Assembly (NCBI RefSeq): GCF_030013205.1
Contig: NZ_CP122648.1
Direction: 5' to 3' (one strand)
From: Escherichia coli
Lineage (GTDB): Bacteria; Pseudomonadota; Gammaproteobacteria; Enterobacterales; Enterobacteriaceae
DNA length: 64,000 bases
Made by a program: the position numbers and the translations under genes. How positions within the stretch are numbered: position 1 is the first letter of the stretch; the number at the start of each line of letters is the position of its first letter. Of the stretch, positions 1 through 9,499 are shown in pieces. The notes beneath the pieces were generated by a model. It was not told where the DNA came from. It saw nothing but the letters and a program-made list of their open reading frames with translations, and made no database searches.

Positions 1-110
1 AAGGTCAATATGCTATTCCGTTTAAAGCAAAATACCTGAAGCTTACAGATAATTCAGTGCAATCAGGTGATGTGTTATCTTCTCTGGTTATGCGTGTGGC
101 GCAGGATTAA
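1..110 (+). CDS. yehD: Fimbrial subunit, C-terminal fragment (gene starts upstream of window)
   Basis: Open frame from window edge ending at TAA 108-110 (…VQSGDVLSSLVMRVAQD*); sits immediately upstream of chaperone-usher genes. Confidence 0.6.
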   Translation, partial: GQYAIPFKAKYLKLTDNSVQSGDVLSSLVMRVAQD

Positions 111-190
111 TAAATAAAATTTCAAGTTTCTCCAGGTAATAAACATGGCCGCTATCCCCATGGCGGCCTTTTAATTTAAGAGGCATTAAG

Positions 191-865
191 ATGAAAGGAT
201 TATTTGCTTTACTCATTTCTTCTATGGTCCTTCCTGCACATGCCGGTATTGTTATCTACGGGACGCGTATTATTTACCCGGCAGAAAATAAAGAAGTGAT
301 GGTGCAGTTGATGAATCAGGGAAACCGTTCTTCGCTGCTGCAGGCGTGGATTGATGATGGCGATACGTCGTTACCACCAGAAAAAATTCAGGTTCCTTTC
401 ATGTTAACGCCACCAGTGGCAAAAATAGGGGCAAATTCCGGGCAGCAAGTAAAAATCAAAATTATGCCGAATAAACTGCCTACTAATAAAGAGAGCATTT
501 TTTATCTGAATGTTCTTGATATTCCACCAAATAGTCCAGAGCAAGAGGGCAAGAATGCACTGAAATTTGCAATGCAAAACAGAATCAAATTGTTTTACCG
601 GCCTGCGGGTATTGCGCCGGTAAATAAAGCGACATTTAAAAAGTTACTGGTAAATCGCAGTGGCAATGGATTGGTGATAAAAAATGACTCAGCAAATTGG
701 GTAACGATTTCGGATGTCAAAGCTAATAATGTCAAAGTCAATTATGAAACTATTATGATTGCCCCCTTAGAAAGTCAGAGTATTAATGTCAAAAGTAATA
801 ATGCGAATAACTGGCATCTGACCATTATCGATGACCATGGCAACTATATTAGTGACAAAATTTAA
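191..865 (+). CDS. yehC: Periplasmic fimbrial chaperone (PapD-like)
   Basis: 224 aa, signal peptide, PapD-like chaperone sequence; followed directly by usher gene. Confidence 0.9.
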   Translation: MKGLFALLISSMVLPAHAGIVIYGTRIIYPAENKEVMVQLMNQGNRSSLLQAWIDDGDTSLPPEKIQVPFMLTPPVAKIGANSGQQVKIKIMPNKLPTNKESIFYLNVLDIPPNSPEQEGKNALKFAMQNRIKLFYRPAGIAPVNKATFKKLLVNRSGNGLVIKNDSANWVTISDVKANNVKVNYETIMIAPLESQSINVKSNNANNWHLTIIDDHGNYISDKI

Positions 866-880
866 TTGCAGGAGCTGCCT

Positions 881-3361
881 ATGTTGAGAATGACCCCACT
901 TGCATCAGCAATCGTAGCGTTATTGCTCGGCATTGAAGCTTATGCAGCTGAAGAAACCTTTGATACCCATTTTATGATAGGTGGAATGAAAGACCAGCAG
1001 GTTGCAAATATTCGTCTTGATGATAATCAACCCTTGCCGGGGCAGTATGACATCGATATTTATGTCAATAAGCAATGGCGCGGGAAATATGAGATTATTG
1101 TTAAAGACAACCCGCAAGAAACATGTTTATCAAGGGAAATTATCAAGCGGTTAGGCGTTAATACCGATAACTTTGCCAGCGGTAAGCAATGTTTAACATT
1201 TGAGCAACTTGTTCAGGGTGGGAGCTATACCTGGGATATCGGAGTTTTTCGTCTCGATTTCAGTGTCCCGCAGGCGTGGGTGGAAGAACTGGAAAGTGGC
1301 TATGTTCCACCGGAAAACTGGGAACGGGGTATTAATGCGTTTTATACCTCTTATTATGTGAGTCAGTATTACAGCGACTATAAAGCGTCGGGTAATAGCA
1401 AGAGTACATATGTACGTTTTAACAGCGGGTTAAACTTACTGGGGTGGCAACTGCATTCTGATGCCAGTTTCAGTAAAACAAATAGCAATCCAGGGGTGTG
1501 GAAAAGCAATACCCTGTATCTGGAACGTGGATTTGCCCAACTTCTCGGCACGCTTCGCGTGGGTGATATGTACACATCAAGCGATATTTTTGATTCTGTT
1601 CGCTTCAGCGGTGTGCGGTTGTTTCGTGATATGCAGATGTTGCCTAACTCGAAACAAAATTTTACGCCACGGGTGCAGGGGATTGCTCAGAGTAACGCGC
1701 TGGTAACTATTGAACAGAATGGTTTTGTCGTTTATCAGAAAGAGGTTCCTCCTGGCCCGTTTGCGATTACAGATTTGCAGTTGGCCGGTGGTGGAGCAGA
1801 TCTTGATGTCAGCGTGAAAGAGGCGGACGGCTCGGTTACCACCTATCTGGTGCCTTATGCAGCAGTGCCGAATATGCTGCAACCCGGAGTGTCGAAATAT
1901 GATTTTGCGGCGGGTCGTAGCCATATTGAAGGGGCGAGCAAACAAAGTGATTTTGTCCAGGCGGGTTATCAGTATGGTTTTAATAACTTATTGACGCTGT
2001 ATGGCGGATCGATGGTCGCGAATAATTATTACGCGTTCACTTTGGGGACTAGCTGGAATACACGCATTGGTGCCATTTCCGTCGATGCCACGAAGTCGCA
2101 TAGTAAACAAGACAACGGCGATGTGTTTGACGGGCAAAGTTATCAAATTGCCTACAACAAATTTGTGAGCCAAACGTCGACGCGTTTTGGTCTGGCGGCC
2201 TGGCGTTATTCGTCGCGTGATTACCGGACATTTAACGATCACGTTTGGGCAAACAATAAAGATAATTATCGCCGTGATGAAAACGATATCTATGACATTG
2301 CCGATTATTACCAGAACGATTTTGGCCGTAAAAATAGCTTTTCTGCCAATATGAGCCAGTCATTGCCAGAAGGCTGGGGTTCTGTGTCCTTAAGTACGTT
2401 ATGGCGAGATTACTGGGGGCGTAGCGGCAGCAGTAAGGATTATCAGTTGAGTTATTCCAACAACCTGCGACGGATAAGCTATACCCTCGCGGCAAGCCAG
2501 GCTTATGACGAGAATCATCATGAAGAGAAACGTTTTAATATTTTTATATCGATTCCCTTTGATTGGGGTGATGACGTTACGACGCCTCGTCGGCAAATAT
2601 ATATGTCTAACTCAACGACGTTTGATGATCAGGGTTTTGCCTCAAATAATACGGGATTATCGGGAACCGTTGGAAACCGGGATCAATTTAACTATGGGGT
2701 CAACCTGAGTCATCAGCATCAGGGAAATGAAACAACAGCTGGAGCGAATTTAACCTGGAACGCGCCGGTGGCAACGGTGAATGGCAGTTATAGTCAGTCG
2801 AGTACTTATCGACAGGCTGGAGCCAGTGTTTCAGGGGGCATTGTCGCCTGGTCGGGTGGCGTTAATCTGGCGAACCGTCTTTCCGAAACGTTTGCAGTGA
2901 TGAATGCGCCAGGAATTAAAGATGCTTATGTCAATGGGCAAAAATATCGCACAACAAACCGTAATGGAGTGGTGGTATACGACGGAATGACACCTTATCG
3001 GGAAAATCACCTGATGCTGGATGTGTCGCAAAGCGATAGCGAAGCAGAATTGCGCGGTAACCGGAAAATTGCCGCACCTTATCGCGGCGCGGTTGTACTG
3101 GTTAATTTTGATACCGATCAGCGCAAGCCCTGGTTTATAAAAGCGTTAAGAACGGATGGGCAACCATTAACGTTTGGTTATGAAGTCAATGATATCCATG
3201 GTCATAATATTGGCGTTGTCGGCCAGGGAAGCCAGTTATTTATTCGCACCAATGAAGTTCCGCCATCGGTTAATGTAGCAATTGATAAGCAACAAGGACT
3301 TTCATGCACAATCACCTTCGGTAAAGAGATTGATGAAAGTAGAAATTATATTTGCCAGTAA
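881..3361 (+). CDS. yehB: Outer-membrane fimbrial usher
   Basis: ~826 aa usher-like protein; ATG at 881 preceded by AGGAG preferred over TTG at 866 used by ORF track. Confidence 0.9.
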   Translation: MLRMTPLASAIVALLLGIEAYAAEETFDTHFMIGGMKDQQVANIRLDDNQPLPGQYDIDIYVNKQWRGKYEIIVKDNPQETCLSREIIKRLGVNTDNFASGKQCLTFEQLVQGGSYTWDIGVFRLDFSVPQAWVEELESGYVPPENWERGINAFYTSYYVSQYYSDYKASGNSKSTYVRFNSGLNLLGWQLHSDASFSKTNSNPGVWKSNTLYLERGFAQLLGTLRVGDMYTSSDIFDSVRFSGVRLFRDMQMLPNSKQNFTPRVQGIAQSNALVTIEQNGFVVYQKEVPPGPFAITDLQLAGGGADLDVSVKEADGSVTTYLVPYAAVPNMLQPGVSKYDFAAGRSHIEGASKQSDFVQAGYQYGFNNLLTLYGGSMVANNYYAFTLGTSWNTRIGAISVDATKSHSKQDNGDVFDGQSYQIAYNKFVSQTSTRFGLAAWRYSSRDYRTFNDHVWANNKDNYRRDENDIYDIADYYQNDFGRKNSFSANMSQSLPEGWGSVSLSTLWRDYWGRSGSSKDYQLSYSNNLRRISYTLAASQAYDENHHEEKRFNIFISIPFDWGDDVTTPRRQIYMSNSTTFDDQGFASNNTGLSGTVGNRDQFNYGVNLSHQHQGNETTAGANLTWNAPVATVNGSYSQSSTYRQAGASVSGGIVAWSGGVNLANRLSETFAVMNAPGIKDAYVNGQKYRTTNRNGVVVYDGMTPYRENHLMLDVSQSDSEAELRGNRKIAAPYRGAVVLVNFDTDQRKPWFIKALRTDGQPLTFGYEVNDIHGHNIGVVGQGSQLFIRTNEVPPSVNVAIDKQQGLSCTITFGKEIDESRNYICQ

Positions 3362-3376
3362 TAGTCAGGTGGTCCT

Positions 3377-4411
3377 ATGAAAATTCGCATAATGCTATTT
3401 ATATTAATGATGATGGTTATGCCTGTGAGCTATGCGGCATGTTATAGTGAGTTATCTGTTCAGCACAATTTGGTTGTTCAGGGGGATTTTGCACTTAGTC
3501 AAACACAAATAGCGACATATGAGCATAATTTTAATTATTCGTCATGCGTGAGTACAAATACTATCACCCCTATGAGCCCGTCGGATATTATTGTTGGACT
3601 TTATAACGATACCATTAAATTAAATTTACATTTTGAATGGACCAATAAAAACAACATCACGCTGTCAAATAATCAGACCAGTTTCACCAGTGGTTATTCG
3701 GTAACGGTGACACCTGCGGCCAGTAATGCAAAAGTGAATGTTTCTGCGGGGGGCGGCGGTTCAGTAATGATTAATGGTGTTGCAACATTATCCAGTGCTT
3801 CATCATCGACACGCGGGAGTGCCGCAGTACAATTTCTACTGTGTTTATTAGGTGGCAAGTCATGGGATGCATGTGTAAATAGCTACAGAAATGCATTGGC
3901 ACAAAATGCAGGTGTCTATTCCTTTAATCTGACCTTGTCATACAACCCGATAACCACAACCTGCAAACCGGACGATTTATTAATTACTTTAGAGAGTATT
4001 CCCGTTTCACAATTACCAGCCACAGGTAACAAAGCAACAATAAATAGTAAAAAAGGGGATGTTATTCTGCGTTGTAAAAATTTATTAGGTCAACAAAATC
4101 AAACATCACGAAAAATGCAGGTGTATTTATCAAGTTCTGACTTGTTAACCAACAGCAACACAATACTGAAAGGTGCGGAAGATAATGGCGTAGGATTTAT
4201 TCTTGAAAGTAATAGTTCGCCAGTCACACTTTTAAATATCACTAACAGCAGTAAAGGATACACAAATTTAAAAGAAATTGCGACAAAGTCAAAACTTACA
4301 GATACAACGGTTTCAATTCCGATAACTGCCAGTTACTACGTCTACGATACAAACAAAGTTAAATCTGGCGCACTGGAGGCAACCGCATTAATCAACGTGA
4401 AATACGACTAA
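3377..4411 (+). CDS. yehA: Fimbrial adhesin-like protein
   Basis: 344 aa, signal peptide, Ser/Thr/Asn-rich, last gene of chaperone-usher operon. Confidence 0.8.
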   Translation: MKIRIMLFILMMMVMPVSYAACYSELSVQHNLVVQGDFALSQTQIATYEHNFNYSSCVSTNTITPMSPSDIIVGLYNDTIKLNLHFEWTNKNNITLSNNQTSFTSGYSVTVTPAASNAKVNVSAGGGGSVMINGVATLSSASSSTRGSAAVQFLLCLLGGKSWDACVNSYRNALAQNAGVYSFNLTLSYNPITTTCKPDDLLITLESIPVSQLPATGNKATINSKKGDVILRCKNLLGQQNQTSRKMQVYLSSSDLLTNSNTILKGAEDNGVGFILESNSSPVTLLNITNSSKGYTNLKEIATKSKLTDTTVSIPITASYYVYDTNKVKSGALEATALINVKYD

Positions 4412-4463
4412 TAACAAGCAAGACGAGCAAGTGGCTAATAATAAAAAATAACAAGGTGTCTGC

Positions 4464-4494
4464 ATTTCCCCCTCATGATGAGGGGGCTTTTTTT
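4464..4494. terminator. Bidirectional rho-independent terminator between yehA and rcnB
   Basis: GC-rich inverted repeat CCCCCTCAT/ATGAGGGGG followed by T-run; abuts rcnB stop codon. Confidence 0.6.
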
Positions 4495-4831
4495 AGCGAT
4501 GATAAAAAATCTCACCGTCGTAGGCTTTAATGATTTTACCGTCGGTGTCGCTGATCAACACGTACGCGCCACCCATATAGGTCCAGTGCGTCCCGGCATC
4601 AGGCGCGGGCAGGTTACGTAACTGCCACTGCTTAATGTTGTACTCATCGGTGCGGTACATCTCTGGGACGGTATCGCCTGGTTTGAAATGCTTAAAGTCA
4701 GCAATGAAACTGCTTAACTCATACTTAGAAATTCCCGAGGTATTGGTCGAACCCGCGGTGGCTGGTGCGGCCCAGGCGGCACTGGTAACCAGCAAAAGCG
4801 CACCCAGCAACATCTTATTTTTAATGGTCAT
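4493..4831 (-). CDS. rcnB: Periplasmic nickel/cobalt homeostasis protein
   Basis: 112 aa from internal ATG (MTIKNKMLLGALLLVTSAAWA…, signal peptide); the 172-aa ORF-track version is an upstream extension. Confidence 0.85.
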   Translation of the reverse strand: MTIKNKMLLGALLLVTSAAWAAPATAGSTNTSGISKYELSSFIADFKHFKPGDTVPEMYRTDEYNIKQWQLRNLPAPDAGTHWTYMGGAYVLISDTDGKIIKAYDGEIFYHR

Positions 4832-5049
4832 AAACTCTCCACTTTGGGGATCTGTAATATCAGTCGCATATCTTTCCTGCCATACAATATAACTGACAAG
4901 CGATATTTTGTTAGTGATCCCATGATTTCGTAAAAAGTGTAAATGAAAGGATGCCCTAAAAGCATCCTTAGCGAGCAGAGAGTCAGCGGAAATAGCTGAT
5001 TTAAGAATCATCCTGGGCTGAAGATAACATGCAAGCCTAAAGGATGGAG

Positions 5050-5874
5050 TTATCGCATTATGCCCATGAAGCCATGTACGCCCATATACACACCAACTAA
5101 GCCAATCAACAGACTGGAAAAATAGGGGGCGCGTTTAGCGAGAGTGTTAAATCCGCTCCAGCGTTTTGCGACCTGCTGAACGCTGATTGCTGCGCCAACG
5201 CCTACGGTGACAAGCGTTAACGCCAGGCCAATGCTGAAACTGACGACCAGTGTTGCGCCCAGTGTCAGGGCTTTCAACTGAATGCATATCAACAGCACGG
5301 TAATTGCTGCCGGGCAGGGGATAAGGCCACCGGTTAAGCCAAATAGCAAAATTTGCCAGTTGGTGACCTCTCTACCATCAAAGCGTCGTTTAATGTCATT
5401 GGCATGGGCTCGTGCATGGGCATCCTGATACTCGCCATGTTCGTGATGGTGATGATGTCCATGGTCGTGGTGATCTTCGTGATCGTGGTGATGATGCTCA
5501 TGATCATGCTCGTGCATATTCTCCAGCCAGTTGCGTTCGCCGCGCCAGGTACGCCAGAACATCCAGAACGCGGTGCCAATAATGATCACTGCGGAAATCA
5601 ACTGGAGCCACGGTTCTGCTGATTGAGCAGTAAAGCGCTTGCTGATCACCATCCCGCCAAAGGCAATCAACCAGACCACTGCGGTATGCGAAATGGTTGC
5701 TGCCAGTCCGAGCATCACCGCCTGTTTAATGGTGCCTTTGATGGCGATGATAAACGCCGCCATCATCGTTTTTGAGTGCCCTGGTTCCAGGCCATGAAGC
5801 GCACCAAGTAAGATGGCGCTGGGGATGAAGAACCAGGCGTTTCCTTGCTGAAGAAGAGTGGTAAATTCGGTCAT
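5050..5874 (-). CDS. rcnA: Nickel/cobalt efflux permease
   Basis: 274 aa membrane protein with His-rich loop (HEHDHEHHHHDHEDHHDHGHHHHHEH). Confidence 0.9.
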   Translation of the reverse strand: MTEFTTLLQQGNAWFFIPSAILLGALHGLEPGHSKTMMAAFIIAIKGTIKQAVMLGLAATISHTAVVWLIAFGGMVISKRFTAQSAEPWLQLISAVIIIGTAFWMFWRTWRGERNWLENMHEHDHEHHHHDHEDHHDHGHHHHHEHGEYQDAHARAHANDIKRRFDGREVTNWQILLFGLTGGLIPCPAAITVLLICIQLKALTLGATLVVSFSIGLALTLVTVGVGAAISVQQVAKRWSGFNTLAKRAPYFSSLLIGLVGVYMGVHGFMGIMR

Positions 5875-5911
5875 GATAATAATTCTTAGTATTAATTCGG
5901 CAATCTTATTC

Positions 5912-5946
5912 TACTCCCCCCCAGTACCTGATACTACCCCCCAGTA
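5912..5946. promoter_or_regulatory. Two tandem RcnR operator sites in rcnA-rcnR divergent intergenic region
   Basis: TACT-C7-AGTA at 5912-5926 and TACT-A-C6-AGTA at 5932-5946; matches the published TACT-G6-N-AGTA RcnR site read on the other strand. Confidence 0.7.
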
Positions 5947-5994
5947 GATTAATAGTGCTATGATTTTTCATATTCTTGTTAACCAGGTGTTGCC

Positions 5995-6267
5995 ATGTCT
6001 CATACCATCCGTGATAAACAGAAACTGAAAGCGCGTGCCAGTAAGATTCAGGGCCAGGTCGTGGCGCTCAAGAAAATGCTCGACGAGCCGCACGAATGCG
6101 CTGCAGTTTTACAACAGATTGCTGCTATCCGTGGCGCGGTAAACGGTCTGATGCGGGAAGTGATTAAAGGTCATCTGACGGAACACATCGTTCACCAGGG
6201 GGATGAGCTAAAACGTGAAGAAGATCTGGATGTCGTTCTGAAGGTGCTGGATTCTTATATCAAATAA
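5995..6267 (+). CDS. rcnR: Ni(II)/Co(II)-responsive transcriptional repressor (CsoR/RcnR family)
   Basis: 90 aa; sequence recognised as RcnR; divergent from rcnA. Confidence 0.9.
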
Positions 6268-6359
6268 TTTATTAACGCGATTGTAAAACTGCGGTTTTTA
6301 CTCGTTTACAACGCGTGCGCTGGACATTACCATCCTCCTCTGCGATTTATCATCGCAAT

Positions 6360-6437
6360 CAAACGACTCGGGGTGCCCTTCTGCGTGAAGGCTGAGAAAT
6401 ACCCGTATCACCTGATCTGGATAATGCCAGCGTAGGG
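6360..6437 (+). repeat. Left copy of 78-bp direct repeat: TPP-riboswitch aptamer segment without downstream expression platform (att-like)
   Basis: Identical base-for-base to 15250-15327; sequence diverges immediately on both sides. Confidence 0.85.
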
Positions 6438-6520
6438 GGCCAAAATAGTCTTGAAAATTATGTGGTTGTATCTCTTTTTGACCATAAATCATGCTGTTAA
6501 GGTACAAAAAGGGGTCGTTT

Positions 6521-7828
6521 ATGAGGTCAAGAACTCTCCCATACACATTTCAGCGAAACGGTAATTACTATCTACAAATCCGGCTTTCGGATGGTCGGAT
6601 ATACAAAAAATCACTTTTTACTGACAGTTATCGCGAAGCATCGGCGTTGATGATTGGCCTTACTCCGCACATTCCTTTCGTTAAATCACTCGCTACTCCG
6701 TTGCCGCAATTTAATAAGTTTGTTTCAAACTTGATCGCTTCGTCACGTAACGTAATGATTCCGTTGCCACTCCCTCAGCAATTGAACAATATTTCTAAAG
6801 AAGTTTTGCAGCTTCAACCACCAGCCAAACCGGAAAAGGTGCTAACACTTGCTGATGCGTGGGCTATGTACAAGGAGGAAAGAGGTCGAAATTGGACAAA
6901 ATCGATCTCAATGGCAAATGAGCGTTATATGGAGGTATTGCTTGTTGTCTTGGGAAAAGAAACAGACGTAACGGCAATCACCAAACAAGATATTAAGCGA
7001 GTAATGGAAACTGTCGAAAACTTACCAAAGCGTGTAGTGCAACCGTATAGGTCAATGACTATTCAGCAACTAATCGAATGTGATGATGTGCTGCCAGAGG
7101 ATTTAGTTGGTGCTGAGGCTGTACATAAGCACCTTAAAATCTACAAATCGTTATTCAAAACATTTCTGACTGAAAACAAAGATATTCTATCTAAGTCTCC
7201 GACTGATGGAATAGTAGCGGCACCATCCAAAGCTAGGTTTGGTGCATACAGTGCAGCAGAAATGAAAAAATTTGTAGGATGGGCACTAAAGCAGCCTGAT
7301 GGATGGCAGAAGTGGATCACTTTGTTGTTGGCGTACACAGGAGCCAGAAGAGGTGAGATTGCTAAACTGGAGAAGTCGCAGATCAAATTTGATGAAGATA
7401 GCCAGCGGCACTATCTTCTGATCGCGGAAAGAAGGCTGGGTAAAACTGAGAATGCTACAAGACAGGTAGTGATTCATCCCAAACTGATTGAGTGGGGGTT
7501 TCTGGATTTTGTTAACCGCCAATGGAAAGAGAAAATCTTTTCGGAAGTCTCAGGTCGAAATATGTCAAAGATAGGTAAAGTTCTTTCAGATGTTCGTGAT
7601 CAGCTTGATATTCCTTATCTTGATGATTATGGGCAGCGGCGCTTGGTGCATAGTTTCCGGCATACTATGATTTCTACTTGTTTAGCTGGTTGGGTGAGTA
7701 ATTTGGCGCATCTGCAACAGGTGGTAGGTCATGAGAAAAGCGGTTTAGGGATTACCAGACGCTATTTGCACTCTTTTCCTTTACGTTCAATTTGTTACGT
7801 GATTGATGGTTTGGACTGGTTAAATTGA
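6521..7828 (+). CDS. Tyrosine site-specific integrase (phage/P4-like integrase family)
   Basis: C-terminal catalytic motifs TGARRGE, HSFRHT (HxxR) and RRYLH (Tyr nucleophile); ATG 6521 with AGGGG RBS preferred over 6491. Confidence 0.85.
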   Translation: MRSRTLPYTFQRNGNYYLQIRLSDGRIYKKSLFTDSYREASALMIGLTPHIPFVKSLATPLPQFNKFVSNLIASSRNVMIPLPLPQQLNNISKEVLQLQPPAKPEKVLTLADAWAMYKEERGRNWTKSISMANERYMEVLLVVLGKETDVTAITKQDIKRVMETVENLPKRVVQPYRSMTIQQLIECDDVLPEDLVGAEAVHKHLKIYKSLFKTFLTENKDILSKSPTDGIVAAPSKARFGAYSAAEMKKFVGWALKQPDGWQKWITLLLAYTGARRGEIAKLEKSQIKFDEDSQRHYLLIAERRLGKTENATRQVVIHPKLIEWGFLDFVNRQWKEKIFSEVSGRNMSKIGKVLSDVRDQLDIPYLDDYGQRRLVHSFRHTMISTCLAGWVSNLAHLQQVVGHEKSGLGITRRYLHSFPLRSICYVIDGLDWLN

Positions 7829-7869
7829 TGTGAGCCTCGTGAGAAAGGGAATAAATAGAGAAAATCAAG

Positions 7870-7897
7870 TTGTTACCTCATTGGCAGGGGATATAAT
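7870..7897 (+). promoter_or_regulatory. Candidate sigma70 promoter for nuclease gene
   Basis: TTGTTA-16 bp-TATAAT, ~30 bp upstream of ATG 7928; followed by near-palindrome TGACCATATTGTCA (possible operator). Confidence 0.45.
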
Positions 7898-7927
7898 GAC
7901 CATATTGTCATCTTGAGGAACAAAAGT

Positions 7928-9499
7928 ATGGTTGCTCGTTCTAACCTTGTAAATTTAGATGCACTGATTAAGCGTGCTGATTTAGGTTTAAAGATCCAAG
8001 ATAACTCTTCATTTGAAACGCTAAACAGTATTCCTGCAAGAGAATTGAAATCAGGAAGTGGAATTGCTGCGCTTCTGAGAAAACCAGATTTCCAGCGTGA
8101 AACAAATCATTGGGGGCCTGAGCAGGTTGTATCGCTTCTCGAATGCTACATCAATGGTGATTTGATACCTTCCGTTATTCTTTGGCGGTCTTCAACCCAT
8201 CTTTTTGTGATCGATGGTGGTCATCGTTTAAGTGCGTTACGTGCTTGGGTTGAAGATGATTATGGCGACGGTCATATATCCCATCAACTTTTTGGGCATG
8301 ATATTCCTCGTGAACAACGCCGCGCTGCAGATAGAACGAGAAAGCTTGTGAAGGAGAGGGTCGGTAGCTGGGAATATTATCAGAAGTTGCTTGCCGATGA
8401 TGCTTCATTGACCGAGGAACAGCAGAGAAGAATCAGCGTATTAACATCTCGTGGAATCTCAGTCCAATGGGTAGTGGGTGATGTAGATAAGGCAGAAACT
8501 TCATTTTTTAACATCAATATGAAGGGAACTCCTCTTGATGCTATCGAAGAGATGCTTCTAAAAAATCGCAAGAAAAGTATTCCGATAGCAACCCGAGCAA
8601 TTATTCGTGCCGGTAGAGGTCATCGCTATTGGTCGGGGTTTGATCAGAGCATTGCCCAGCAACTTGAAGATAAATCTGCAAAGCTGCATCGTTTGCTGTT
8701 CGAACCTGAAGTTGATCGCCCTATTAAAACTCTTGATCTTCCATTAGGCGGTTCTAGGGGGGTCAGGACAGCGATCCAAGTTTTGAAAGATTTCTTACTG
8801 ATCACTGATTGCAACCAGAATGGTGTTTTGAAAAAAATCGAAGCCTACCCTGATGATGCGTCGGGTGCTGATACGTTAAGAATCCTTTCCAAAGCCACAT
8901 CATTAAGCAATAGAATTACAGGCAATGGCGATGGTAGCTTGGGGCTTCATCCAGCGATTTATTTTTATGGTCCGACTGGAATCCACTCAACGCCAATGTT
9001 TCTAGGAACTGTGCTACTGGTGGCAAAACAACTCTCTAACAATAATGGTCAATTCTTTAAAGACTTCACAACAATCAGATCTAGGCTTGAGAGAATAATG
9101 ATCGAATTTAAGGACTTGATCGCAATGATAGTACAAAAACCAGGTAGTAATGTCCGAGTGGCTCGCTACTGTGATTTTTTAAATGCGGTGATCAAATCAC
9201 TCAAGCAGGGAGAGAATATTGATGAGAGTAAGCTTATCGAGCTGGCCGAATTGGAGGGGAGAATACTCTCTGGAGATTTTAAGAGAACATCAGCAAAAAT
9301 CAGCGATGAACAAAAAAGTAAGGTGTTCATTGACGTGGCTCTGCGCAACGCTTTGAAATGTCCGATTTGCCAAGGTTACCTTGATACTGAAAAGTCAGTT
9401 TCTTATGATCATATCGTACGTGTCCGTGAGGGAGGAGATGGTAATTCTGACAATGTACAGTTGACACACCCTTACTGTAACCAGTCAGTGAAGTGTTAA
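7928..9499 (+). CDS. ParB-like (DUF262/DGQHR-type) N-terminal domain fused to C-terminal HNH endonuclease; candidate defence/type IV restriction-like nuclease
   Basis: N-terminal motifs PDFQRETNHW and VIDGGHRLSAL; C-terminal CPICQ…YDHIVRV…NSDNVQLTHPYCN (HNH with Cys ligands); GAGGAA RBS before ATG 7928. Confidence 0.6.
   Translation: MVARSNLVNLDALIKRADLGLKIQDNSSFETLNSIPARELKSGSGIAALLRKPDFQRETNHWGPEQVVSLLECYINGDLIPSVILWRSSTHLFVIDGGHRLSALRAWVEDDYGDGHISHQLFGHDIPREQRRAADRTRKLVKERVGSWEYYQKLLADDASLTEEQQRRISVLTSRGISVQWVVGDVDKAETSFFNINMKGTPLDAIEEMLLKNRKKSIPIATRAIIRAGRGHRYWSGFDQSIAQQLEDKSAKLHRLLFEPEVDRPIKTLDLPLGGSRGVRTAIQVLKDFLLITDCNQNGVLKKIEAYPDDASGADTLRILSKATSLSNRITGNGDGSLGLHPAIYFYGPTGIHSTPMFLGTVLLVAKQLSNNNGQFFKDFTTIRSRLERIMIEFKDLIAMIVQKPGSNVRVARYCDFLNAVIKSLKQGENIDESKLIELAELEGRILSGDFKRTSAKISDEQKSKVFIDVALRNALKCPICQGYLDTEKSVSYDHIVRVREGGDGNSDNVQLTHPYCNQSVKC

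Noticed and set aside
4493-5011. 172-aa ORF-track version of rcnB, and similar long N-terminal extensions for mdtA, fbaB, udk, yegR, yegP, yegH and yegD
   Set aside because: Internal start codons with proper Shine-Dalgarno sequences and native-looking N-termini (signal peptides, P-loops) are far more plausible; the extensions run into upstream intergenic or regulatory DNA.
5440-5530. His/Asp/Glu-rich low-complexity stretch and the overlapping ORFs 5334..5579 and 5353..5622
   Set aside because: It is the metal-binding loop of RcnA read in frame; the overlapping ORFs are out-of-frame or antisense artefacts of the codon repeats.
6298-6546. 82-aa minus-strand ORF overlapping the TPP aptamer repeat and the integrase start
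   Set aside because: It overlaps a structured RNA element and the integrase start region; no RBS; likely a chance ORF.
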